Translations under genes and position numbers: made by a program | In this document: one piece after another, positions 32,824 to 40,687 of the stretch | Numbering within the stretch: position 1 is the stretch's first letter | Layout of the letters: each line of letters begins with the position of its first letter | Source: Deltaproteobacteria bacterium | Lineage (GTDB): Bacteria; Desulfobacterota; Syntrophia; Syntrophales; JACQWR01 | Direction: 5' to 3' | DNA length: 64,000 nt | Assembly (NCBI GenBank): GCA_016209105.1 | Contig: JACQWR010000027.1 | Location: forward strand, 1,497 to 65,496 | The notes under the pieces: model-generated | Told to the model about the DNA's origin: nothing | The model's input: only the letters and a program-made list of their open reading frames with translations | Database searches by the model: none

Positions 32824-32868
32824 CCCCGAACAAAAAAGCAAGTTCTTATAAAACAGGACAAAAATATC

Positions 32869-33411
32869 ATGAATATCTTCATCATTGTCGGAATGCCCGC
32901 CTCGGGCAAAAACATTGCCCGGACCTATGCAGAGTCCCAAAAATTACCGTATCATGCCACCGGTGACCTCGTGAGGGCAGAGCTCGCGAAGAGGGGTATC
33001 AAGCCGGACCCTGAGAGCATGGCCCGGATTTCCGATGAATTGCGGGGGCCGGACGGCATGGGTGTCACCCGGCTTGCTCTGGCGGCTGCCCTTGCGGAAA
33101 GCGCCGGAGCCGTCTTTCTCGAAGGCATGAGATCGTGGCCCGAGATAGACCTGATCCGGAAAGAGGCCGAGTGCGTGGTCGTGGCTTTTCTTTCCCCCCG
33201 GCAGGTCAGGAGGATGCGGGTGATCAGTCGGGGCAGGTCTGACGACTCACCCGATGCCTTCGATGGGCGAGACCTGAGGGAGATCGCCTATGGGGTGGGA
33301 GGCCCTGTCGCCATGGCCGATGCCTATGTCCTGAACACCGGCTCCCTGGATGATTCCCTCCATGCCCTGGACGGCATCGTCCAGGAAGCGATTGGAAATA
33401 CGGGGATATAA
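32869..33411 (+). CDS. P-loop nucleotide kinase-like protein, archaeal UPF0200/dephospho-CoA-kinase-like type
   Basis: 180 aa. MNIFIIVGMPASGKN Walker A, TGDLVRAELAKRG, RGRSDDSPDAFDGRDLREIAYGVGG...MADAYVLNTGS. Only the last 180 codons of ORF-track entry 32167-33411 look coding. Confidence 0.6.
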   Translation: MNIFIIVGMPASGKNIARTYAESQKLPYHATGDLVRAELAKRGIKPDPESMARISDELRGPDGMGVTRLALAAALAESAGAVFLEGMRSWPEIDLIRKEAECVVVAFLSPRQVRRMRVISRGRSDDSPDAFDGRDLREIAYGVGGPVAMADAYVLNTGSLDDSLHALDGIVQEAIGNTGI

Positions 33412-33442
33412 CACCAATTAAGAGTCCCCGAAAATTGGTGTT
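33410..33442 (+). other. perfect 10-bp stem-loop overlapping the kinase stop codon
   Basis: AACACCAATT (33410-19), a 13-nt loop, then AATTGGTGTT (33433-42). There is no T-tract. It lies 17 nt before repeat copy B. Confidence 0.6.
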
Positions 33443-33458
33443 ATGTCCCCGGAATATT

Positions 33459-33536
33459 CCCCCGCTGCTTTCTCGACATCAATAACCCGGAAGATGCACA
33501 GAAGCTCCCGCCGCCGTTTCTCAAAGACAAACCCTG
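33459..33536 (+). pseudogene. relic second copy of the MocA-domain 3' end (direct repeat copy B)
   Basis: Reads in frame PRCFLDINNPEDAQKLPPPFLKDKP-stop, against the native ...PRCFLDIDNTEDAQKLPALEGRASR-stop at 32550-32627. No upstream coding continuation. Confidence 0.75.
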
Positions 33537-33542
33537 ATTGCC

Positions 33543-33571
33543 TTGACAGATAAGGGTCGGCTTCCTATATT
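33543..33571 (+). promoter_or_regulatory. candidate sigma-70 promoter of the thiol-redox cluster
   Basis: TTGACA (33543-48), a 17-nt spacer, then TATATT (33566-71), 46 nt upstream of ATG 33617. Confidence 0.5.
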
Positions 33572-33616
33572 TGATGAAAATATAAGAAGAAATTCCCATC
33601 AAAGAAAGGACCCTTC

Positions 33617-34231
33617 ATGGAAACAAGTAAAAAACGGCTGATCGCTGTCTTGTTTTTCCTGGTTGCCTTGTTCTTGTCCGGTGGTGCTTCTCAAGGAGCC
33701 GAAACTATTACCAGTATCGGTAATCCGACTAAGGTTAATGGGGGCGACCATACGAACTTCCCGGTATTTGAACTCCCTATACCTGAACATGAATCGGAAA
33801 AGAGTTATCTGGGCCTTTCCGGAACCGGAACATTCAAGATCGGACAAATCAATGCCCCGGTCCTGCTCATTGAGGTTTTTAGCTTTTATTGCCCCCATTG
33901 CCAACGGACAGCTTCCCAGATAAACGAGTTCTACCAGAGGATACAGGAACGATCCGATCTGAAAGAACGGGTAAAGATGATCGGGATCGGCGTCAGCAAC
34001 AGCGCTTACGAGGTTGACGCTTACCAGGAGAGATACCGCGTACCGTTCCCCCTTTTTCCCGACGAGAGCATTGAAATCTCTCAAATGCTCGGCGTAAAGG
34101 GTACGCCCACATTTATCGGGGTTAAGGCGGACGGCAAGGGTACCCAGAAACGGTTCTATTTCAGAGAGGGCGGCTTTCAAGATACAGAACAGTTTCTGGC
34201 TGAAATTATTAAATTGTCAGGATTAAAATAG
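33617..34231 (+). CDS. secreted thioredoxin-fold thiol:disulfide oxidoreductase (CPHC)
   Basis: 204 aa. Signal peptide LIAVLFFLVALFLSGGASQG, redox motif FSFYCPHCQ, and a cis-Pro region GTPTFIG. Confidence 0.75.
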   Translation: METSKKRLIAVLFFLVALFLSGGASQGAETITSIGNPTKVNGGDHTNFPVFELPIPEHESEKSYLGLSGTGTFKIGQINAPVLLIEVFSFYCPHCQRTASQINEFYQRIQERSDLKERVKMIGIGVSNSAYEVDAYQERYRVPFPLFPDESIEISQMLGVKGTPTFIGVKADGKGTQKRFYFREGGFQDTEQFLAEIIKLSGLK

Positions 34232-34249
34232 AAGGAGGGAAAGATAAAA

Positions 34250-34876
34250 ATGAGAAACCGGAAATGGAATTGGAGGCATTTATTGTGCCTTAGTGTTTTT
34301 CTGGCGCTGGCAGGGGCCGCTGCGGCCCATGGGCAGTCGGGAGGATTCACGGAATTTATTTACCCGGTGGAAAAACTCAAACCCACGGACAGCGTGCCTA
34401 CGTTAAAAGTCGGTGATGTTGCGCCGGATTTTACCCTTCCCGCCGTTGAGGGCGGCAAGGTATCCTTAAGACAATATGCAGGCAAGAAAAATGTCGTCAT
34501 CTCCTTTGTTCCCGCAGCCTGGACACCCGTTTGCTCTGCCCAATGGCCTGGTTACAACATCGCCAAAGGCCTCTTTGACAAGCATGACGCCATTTTGCTC
34601 GGCATTACGGTGGACAATATTCCCACCCTTTACGCTTGGACGAAACAGATGTGCGGCCCCAGTGAGAAATTGTGGTTCCCCGTCCTTTCCGACTTTTATC
34701 CCCATGGCGCGGTCGCCTCGAAATACGGGGTGCTCCGTTCGGAAGGGGTGAGCGAGAGAGCCCTGTTCATCATCAACAAAAAAGGTGTCATTACCTACAT
34801 AGACGTCCATGACATAAATGAGCGACCGCTCCTCGATGATCTTGCAAAGGCGCTTGAACGGGTAAACCGGCAATAA
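34250..34876 (+). CDS. secreted peroxiredoxin (AhpC/TSA-redoxin family)
   Basis: 208 aa. Signal peptide ...LSVFLALAGAAAAHG. The peroxidatic Cys context is FVPAAWTPVCSAQ. Confidence 0.75.
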   Translation: MRNRKWNWRHLLCLSVFLALAGAAAAHGQSGGFTEFIYPVEKLKPTDSVPTLKVGDVAPDFTLPAVEGGKVSLRQYAGKKNVVISFVPAAWTPVCSAQWPGYNIAKGLFDKHDAILLGITVDNIPTLYAWTKQMCGPSEKLWFPVLSDFYPHGAVASKYGVLRSEGVSERALFIINKKGVITYIDVHDINERPLLDDLAKALERVNRQ

Positions 34877-34937
34877 GCCCGGACAAGAACTCGCTTTGCT
34901 ATTGACGACTTCGCAAAAAGGATCACGGGGGGTTAAC

Positions 34938-36203
34938 ATGATCGAACAAATCCGTTATCTCCTGGAAGAAGCCTTCCGGCAGGATTCTTTCGGGCTTTAT
35001 TTCCTGATGTTCGGCGGCGGACTTTTAGCGACACTGACACCGTGTACCTATCCGGTGCTTCCGCTGACAGTCGGGTATATCGGCAATCAGGCGGGCGCCA
35101 ACCGCCTGAGAGCCTTTTTTTTGAGCCTCTCCCTGGTGACCGGCATGGCTGCGGTTTATGCCGTATTGGGCAGCATCGTTGCGGCGGTGGGAGGGACGTT
35201 CGGTTCGATTATGGGGAACGGATGGGTGGTTTACGCGATCGCCCTCTTCTACCTCATGATGGGGCTTGCCCTTCTGGACGTGTTCCCTTTCCCCGTTCCC
35301 GGGTTCATCTCCAGGCTCCAGACAAAATCGTCGAATCGCCAAGGGGTCATGGGCGCCTTCGTTATCGGCGGCGTCAGCGGTCTGATCGTCGGTCCCTGCA
35401 CCGGTCCTATCCTGGCCGTCGCGTTGGGCGCGATTGCCTTGACGCTGAAAAATGTGCACGGCCTGGATTACACCCTGCAGGTCCTGAAGGGTGGCGTCCT
35501 GCTTTTTCTGTTCGGGTTCGGCCAGGGAGCCCTGATCCTGCTGGCCGGAATCTTTACCGGGTTCATTTCCAAACTGCCCAGAGCAGGCGCCTGGATGGAG
35601 GCCGTTAAAAAAGGCTTCGCATTATTGGTCATTATCGCCTCGAGCCTGTTGTTTGTGTTCGTGGGGCAAAATACCGATTTCCCAAGCCTGACCCGCGTTC
35701 TGGCAACCGCGGAACCATCCGCGGCGCCGGCTCCGAAGCCGGACGCTTCGCCGGCAGTTCAATCGGGAAAAGCCGCAAATGTTTCGGCAAATCCGGCGCC
35801 GGATTTCACCCTCGCTTCGCTGGGAAAGGGCAACGTTACGTTAAGCCGTCTCAAAGGCAAAAAAGGGGTCGTACTGGTATTCTTCGCGACCTGGTGCGTC
35901 AGTTGTGTGCAAGAAGTGCCGGAGGTTAAACGATTCGCCGAAATAGCGAAAAAGGAAAATGTCGTGGTCTTCGGCATTGATTATAAACAATCGGTGGAAA
36001 TTGTTGAACGCTTTCAAAAATCAGCCCGGATTGATTACGGAATTCTCCTCGATATGGAAGGAACGGTGACGCTCGACAAATTCGGTATCCGGGGATTGCC
36101 TCATGTAATCGGCATTAACGCGAAAGGCGATATCATTTACCGGGGAACGGCCCTGCCGGACGACAAGGCCGCATTCATAAATAATCTGCAACAGGGTTTA
36201 TAG
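34938..36203 (+). CDS. CcdA/DsbD-type transmembrane electron transporter fused to a C-terminal TlpA-like thioredoxin domain
   Basis: Polytopic N-terminal half with LATLTPCTYPVLPL and IVGPCTGPILA (the two DsbD-beta Cys motifs), an Ala/Pro linker, then VLVFFATWCVSCVQEVPE (CxxC). Start is at MIEQIRY; the ORF track begins at 34896. Confidence 0.75.
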   Translation: MIEQIRYLLEEAFRQDSFGLYFLMFGGGLLATLTPCTYPVLPLTVGYIGNQAGANRLRAFFLSLSLVTGMAAVYAVLGSIVAAVGGTFGSIMGNGWVVYAIALFYLMMGLALLDVFPFPVPGFISRLQTKSSNRQGVMGAFVIGGVSGLIVGPCTGPILAVALGAIALTLKNVHGLDYTLQVLKGGVLLFLFGFGQGALILLAGIFTGFISKLPRAGAWMEAVKKGFALLVIIASSLLFVFVGQNTDFPSLTRVLATAEPSAAPAPKPDASPAVQSGKAANVSANPAPDFTLASLGKGNVTLSRLKGKKGVVLVFFATWCVSCVQEVPEVKRFAEIAKKENVVVFGIDYKQSVEIVERFQKSARIDYGILLDMEGTVTLDKFGIRGLPHVIGINAKGDIIYRGTALPDDKAAFINNLQQGL

Positions 36204-36301
36204 GGCCGAAGGCATGCCGCCGGGAACCCCTTCACACCCTAACAATTCCGAGAATGTTATACCTTTTTCCCGACCGATGGATACGGTAATGCGCAGCGCG
36301 C

Positions 36302-36335
36302 AAAAAAAACCCCCGAATCATACCGGGGGTTTTTC
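36302..36335. terminator. bidirectional rho-independent terminator
   Basis: An A8 run, ACCCCCG, a loop, CGGGGGT, then a T5 run. Lies between the convergent genes ending at 36203 (+) and 36352 (-). Confidence 0.75.
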
Positions 36336-36351
36336 TCCATCCGCGGAAAAA

Positions 36352-36735
36352 TCAATCCGCAAACAAATCTTTCCTCATCTGGTCCTCCATCGCTTGTGAC
36401 CAGACCACCTTCCCCTTCACGGATATTTCGCTCACCTTGATGGACTTGAATTTTTTATCCAGAGTCCCCGTGATTTTTACTTCCTGGTTGAGATGTCGGA
36501 CCAGAAGTTCTCTTTCCAGATTCGGCAGGAAATAATATTCCCCTTTCGCGGCATCCACGAGGAGCACAAAGACATTCTCTACGGCCGCCACCGGGTCTTC
36601 CTTCCCGACCGGGCACACCTTACCCTGCGTTACGCACATGAACCCCTGGATGGAACCAGTAAAATTCGCCGCCATTGCAAAAACCGGCGCCAACAATAAC
36701 AACCCAATAACCGTAACCGCTAACAATCTTTTCAT
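36352..36735 (-). CDS. small secreted protein of unknown function
   Basis: 127 aa. Clear signal peptide MKRLLAVTVIGLLLLAPVFAMA. No recognisable family. Confidence 0.6.
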   Translation of the reverse strand: MKRLLAVTVIGLLLLAPVFAMAANFTGSIQGFMCVTQGKVCPVGKEDPVAAVENVFVLLVDAAKGEYYFLPNLERELLVRHLNQEVKITGTLDKKFKSIKVSEISVKGKVVWSQAMEDQMRKDLFAD

Positions 36736-37292
36736 TTTTTTCCTCCTTTTACAGTTTTATGTTTTTATTGATTGACTTCCCTGATTGACTTCCCTTCTTT
36801 TATTGACCGCCGGTAATAATCCACCTCCTTTCGCCTGTTTCATAAAAAATCCTGTTTGTAATTCTGATGAACGAATTTTGCCCCTATCGAAATTTTTCCA
36901 AGATGCATGAACGGCATGTCGTTCTTTTGTTGTGCATAAGTTACTGTTCACGGTAATGAAAATCAATTAGGATTAAATAAGAGCGTAATAGGAGGGGAAA
37001 ACTATCAGTAAAAACACCCCTCCGATACCGGGTAGGTTGCCCGAAACAAGAAGTTGACAAAAACCATCCCGTTTGATAGCAGTGAAACCCCTGCCCACGG
37101 GGCGGAGTTTCCCGGTAAGGCTTAGCTGTTTTCATTGCGCCCCCGCAACCCCGCTCATAAAGCAGCGTTGCACGGTACGCACCCGGTCATGCACATCCGT
37201 TAAAGTGATTGCCGCCTTCCGGAGATGTCCCCTGGCAGCCAATATCTTTAATTTATAGCGATTTAATCCTTTTGTTGTAAAACAGAAAGAAG

Positions 37293-38294
37293 ATGCATCC
37301 TATGTTCAACAGTACATTGATAGAAGTGGCGGAAAAAACCCTGGCAAATAACGGCTTCCGCATTTCCTACGAGGATGGATGCGGGCTCGCCGCCCTTCCC
37401 GAAGAGGAAACAACGGCGCTGATCCTGTGCGCCGATAAGATCCGCAGGAAATATAAGGGAGACCGCATCACCACCTGTTCCATAACGAACGCCAAATCAG
37501 GCCTGTGCACGGAAGATTGTGCATTCTGCGCCCAGTCGGCCCATCACGAAACGGGCATCGAACCCCATCCCCTCATGAGTGAAGAGGAAATGGTAAATGA
37601 TGCGCTCAAGCTTCATGCCAGCGGCGCCAATGAGTTTTCCATGGTGACGAGCGGTTTCGCGCTCACGGATCAGGAACTGGAAACGATCGGCAGAGCAGCG
37701 GGCATGATAAAGGAAAAAACCGGGTTGAAACTCTGTTCCTCCCTGGGTGTGCTTACAGAAGCACGGGCCAAACAGCTCAAGAATAGCGGCATCAGCCGCT
37801 ACCACCATAACCTGGAAACCGCGCGGAGTTTCTTTGATCACGTATGCACCACCCATGATTATGAAGACGACGTGCAGACGGTGAAAATAGCAAAGGCGGC
37901 CGGCTTGAAAGCCTGCTCGGGCGGCATCCTGGGACTGGGTGAATCGTGGGAACAGCGGGTGGAGCTGGCAATCACCCTGCGGGACCTGGATGTGGATTCG
38001 ATTCCCGTCAACTTCCTGAACCCCATTCCCGGAACGAGGATGGGAGCGCGACCGCTCCTCTCCCCCATGGAAGCGCTCAAATGCATCGCTCTTTTCCGCT
38101 TCATCAATCCGAAGAAGGATATCATGATCTGCGGCGGCAGGGAGGTAACCCTGCGCGACCTCCAGTCCTGGATCTTCACGGCGGGCGCAAACGGCCTGCT
38201 CATCGGCAATTACCTGACCACCGCGGGCAGGGATATCAAGGCGGATATGGACATGATCAGAGATCTGAGATTAGTCGCCGAGAAAGGAGCTTGA
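37293..38294 (+). CDS. bioB: biotin synthase
   Basis: 333 aa. Radical SAM CTEDCAFCAQS, SSLGVL, YHHNLET and GLKACSGGILGLGES. The start could be ATG 37293 or 37302. Confidence 0.92.
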   Translation: MHPMFNSTLIEVAEKTLANNGFRISYEDGCGLAALPEEETTALILCADKIRRKYKGDRITTCSITNAKSGLCTEDCAFCAQSAHHETGIEPHPLMSEEEMVNDALKLHASGANEFSMVTSGFALTDQELETIGRAAGMIKEKTGLKLCSSLGVLTEARAKQLKNSGISRYHHNLETARSFFDHVCTTHDYEDDVQTVKIAKAAGLKACSGGILGLGESWEQRVELAITLRDLDVDSIPVNFLNPIPGTRMGARPLLSPMEALKCIALFRFINPKKDIMICGGREVTLRDLQSWIFTAGANGLLIGNYLTTAGRDIKADMDMIRDLRLVAEKGA

Positions 38295-38370
38295 CACGAA
38301 AACGAAAGAAACTCGCACGAGCACGCTCGACGAGGACGATAAAAAATATATCTGGCATCCCTTCACCCAG

Positions 38371-39669
38371 ATGCGGGATTACGTGAAGGAAAAACCGCTG
38401 ATCATCGAGGAAGGCAACGGATGCACCTTACGGGACACCGACGGGAACGAATATCTGGACGGTGTCTCCTCTCTGTGGACAAACGTGCACGGCCACCGCA
38501 GGGAGGGGATAGACCGCGCCGTTAAGACGCAGCTGGGCAAGATCGCCCACTCGACCATGCTGGGACTCTCCAATGTTCCCGCCATCCGGTGCGCAAAGAA
38601 GCTGGTGGAAATCGCACCACAGGGACTGTCAAAGGTGTTCTATTCGGACAACGGCTCCACGGCGGTGGAGATCGCCCTCAAGATGGCCTTCCAGTACCAG
38701 CAGCAGGCTCCCGCAGGAGACCGGGCGAAGACGCGGTTTATTTCCCTGACCAATGCCTATCACGGAGACACGATCGGCGCGGTAAGCGTGGGTGGCATTG
38801 ACCTCTTTCACGCCACGTACAAAACGCTCCTCTTCTCCTCACTCAAGGCCGAATCGCCCTACTGCTACCGGTGCGTATTTGGAAAATCCTACCCCGACTG
38901 CGGCCTTGCCTGTCTCGGGCAGATGGAAGAACTGATGAAAAAGCATGCACATGAGGCGGCGGCGCTGATTATCGAACCACTCGTGCAGGGGGCGGCGGGG
39001 ATCATCGTCCAGCCTCCGGGCTATCTAAAGAGGGTGCGCGAACTCTGCACCCGGTACAACATCATCATGATCGCCGACGAGGTCGCCGTGGGATTCGGCA
39101 AAACGGGGACAATGTTCGCCTGCGAACACGAGGACGTCGCGCCCGATATCATGGCCGTGGCCAAGGGAATCACCGGCGGTTACCTGCCGCTCGCGGCAAC
39201 GCTCGCCACGGAAAAAATCTATGAAGGGTTCCTCGGCGAGTACGACGAGTTCAAGACCTTTTTCCACGGGCACACCTACACCGGCAACCCGCTCGCCTGT
39301 GCTGCTGCCGTGGCCAGCCTGGAGATTTTTGAGGAAGAGCGCACCCTCGAAGGACTCCAGGGGAAAATCAAACACCTCACGGAGCGACTGGAGTCCTTCC
39401 GTTCCCTGAAGCACGCGGGAGAGGTGCGGCAGCGCGGCTTCATGGTAGGCATAGAACTGGTAGTCGGGAAGGATACCAGAGAACCCTTTGCCCCGGCAGA
39501 GAAGATCGGCCACCGGATCATCCTCGAGGCGAGGAAACGCGGCCTGATTATCAGGCCCCTCGGCAACGTTATCGTCCTGATGCCGCCCTTGAGCATGACC
39601 ACGAGCGAGCTTGACCGTCTCTGCGACATCACCTTCGCGGCGATCCGGGCCGTCACGGAAGGGTTGTAG
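38371..39669 (+). CDS. bioA: adenosylmethionine-8-amino-7-oxononanoate aminotransferase
   Basis: Class-III aminotransferase: DEVAVGFGKTGTMFA and the PLP-Lys region MAVAKGITGGYLPL. Coordinates start at the first ATG, but the conserved DKKYIWHPFTQ motif is encoded in frame upstream (38338-38370), so the true start lies between 38275 and 38350. See findings. Confidence 0.85.
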   Translation: MRDYVKEKPLIIEEGNGCTLRDTDGNEYLDGVSSLWTNVHGHRREGIDRAVKTQLGKIAHSTMLGLSNVPAIRCAKKLVEIAPQGLSKVFYSDNGSTAVEIALKMAFQYQQQAPAGDRAKTRFISLTNAYHGDTIGAVSVGGIDLFHATYKTLLFSSLKAESPYCYRCVFGKSYPDCGLACLGQMEELMKKHAHEAAALIIEPLVQGAAGIIVQPPGYLKRVRELCTRYNIIMIADEVAVGFGKTGTMFACEHEDVAPDIMAVAKGITGGYLPLAATLATEKIYEGFLGEYDEFKTFFHGHTYTGNPLACAAAVASLEIFEEERTLEGLQGKIKHLTERLESFRSLKHAGEVRQRGFMVGIELVVGKDTREPFAPAEKIGHRIILEARKRGLIIRPLGNVIVLMPPLSMTTSELDRLCDITFAAIRAVTEGL

Positions 39670-39784
39670 ACGTGACCCTTCACTGCCGCTCTCCTCGCAG
39701 ATACGGCACGTTTAAAACAATGGCATTCCCGCATCCACGGGGATACCATGACGATGGCCGCATGGTTTTTACGTGGGAGTGTCC

Positions 39785-40069
39785 ATGAAGGGAACATTTT
39801 ACTTTGATCCGGCAGACCGGATTTATGCAGACCATTTCCCCGGACGGGCCGTTGTCCCCGGAAGCCTCATTGTCCATGCCTTCCTCCAGGAAGCGCACAG
39901 GGCGGAGGAGTTTGCCGGTGGCCGTTTCCTGGCGGAAGAGTTCCGCTTCACAGAGTTCATAGCGCCGGGCACATATTCTTTCACCATGGAGACCGATAAA
40001 GGCCGCCTGCGGTGCCGGCTCTACCATGAGGGGAAAACGGTGGTTACGGGTTTTTTTAAACCCGAGTGA
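39785..40069 (+). CDS. short hot-dog-fold FabZ-like protein (His-bearing half dehydratase)
   Basis: About 94 aa. ADHFPGRAVVPGSLIVHAFLQ aligns to the FabZ active-site motif [20 protein letters not shown]. GGGAG lies 5 nt upstream of ATG 39785; the ORF track starts at GTG 39773. Confidence 0.65.
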   Translation: MKGTFYFDPADRIYADHFPGRAVVPGSLIVHAFLQEAHRAEEFAGGRFLAEEFRFTEFIAPGTYSFTMETDKGRLRCRLYHEGKTVVTGFFKPE

Positions 40070-40112
40070 TGATATTGTATCGTCTCATTAATAATTGTCA
40101 TATCGGCCCCTT

Positions 40113-40269
40113 CGCCTGCTGTCATTCCGAGCGGAACGAGGAATCTTGTCGTGAAGCTCCCCGCTCACAGGGCGGGGCTTGCGGAGGGCGCCCCCGGTCA
40201 TGCTCGGGGCAGGCTCCGGGGAATATTTTTTCTCTGTAAATATATTCGTTAAGATTTCTCGTTTCACTC
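40113..40269. repeat. MITE-like element, family B, inserted between hot-dog gene and ACP gene
   Basis: 25-nt terminal inverted repeats: gtcattccgagcggaacgaggaatc (40113-37) and gatttctcgtttcactcgaaatgac (40245-69), 21/25 complementary. The internal module gtgaagctccccgctcacagggcggggcttgcggagggcgcccccggtca recurs at 47135-47250. Confidence 0.8.
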
Positions 40270-40333
40270 GAAATGACAGGTTATTCAAATTATTCATGGG
40301 ACATGACACTCTAATGAGAGAGAAAAAAGAGAT

Positions 40334-40687
40334 ATGAACGTTTTTGAAGAAATAAAAAGTATCCTGGCGGAAATCCTCGACGTGGAAGTAAACGAGGTGA
40401 CGCCGGAAAGCTACCTCATCAGGGAGCTGGGAGCCGAATCCATAGACCTCATGGAGCTTGCCGCGGCGCTGAACCAGAGATTCCGTATAGAAGTCAATGA
40501 GGAAGATGTTTTCCTCAGAGAGCTCAGGAACAATCTTGCGGACGCGGAGGCCGCAAAGGGGACGGATCGCTTTCCCTTTCTCACCGCCCGGAGACGGGAA
40601 GAGATCGTCTCCGAACTTGACGGCGGCCCCGTTCTCAAGGTTAAGGACGTGGTAAGTTACGTCACCTGGCAACTGGAAAGGGCATGA
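40334..40687 (+). CDS. acyl carrier protein with an internal about 35-aa insertion
   Basis: 117 aa. The phosphopantetheine site context is IRELGAESIDLMELAAAL. Canonical ACPs are about 75-80 aa. Extra segment LRELRNNLADAEAAKGTDRFPFLTARRREEIVSELDGGPVL lies before the last helix. Confidence 0.75.
   Translation: MNVFEEIKSILAEILDVEVNEVTPESYLIRELGAESIDLMELAAALNQRFRIEVNEEDVFLRELRNNLADAEAAKGTDRFPFLTARRREEIVSELDGGPVLKVKDVVSYVTWQLERA

Noticed and set aside
32167-32868. First 234 codons of ORF-track entry 32167-33411
   Set aside because: This part is an alternative frame over the MocA domain and the intergenic promoter region. Only the last 180 codons, from ATG 32869, show a P-loop kinase pattern.
33617-36735. 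Selenocysteine (in-frame TGA) versions of the thiol-redox proteins or of the DsrE-like gene at 54530
   Set aside because: All redox motifs are encoded with Cys codons, and no split ORFs joined by an in-frame TGA were seen. The selenium link therefore rests only on the YqeB/YqeC-type genes.
36757-37292. Search for a BirA operator (bioO-like palindrome) or riboswitch in the 536-nt gap upstream of bioB
   Set aside because: Only weak half-site similarity was found (GTTGACAAAAACC...TTTGATAGC near 37052) plus generic hairpins (GGAGGGG...CCCCTCC at about 37001-37033). Nothing is convincing enough to annotate. A position-weight-matrix scan would be needed.
40088-40672. 194-aa minus-strand ORF
   Set aside because: Its C-terminal part is the family B repeat element read through (…GGALRKPRPVSGELH…SARNDS…). 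The rest is antisense to the ACP gene.
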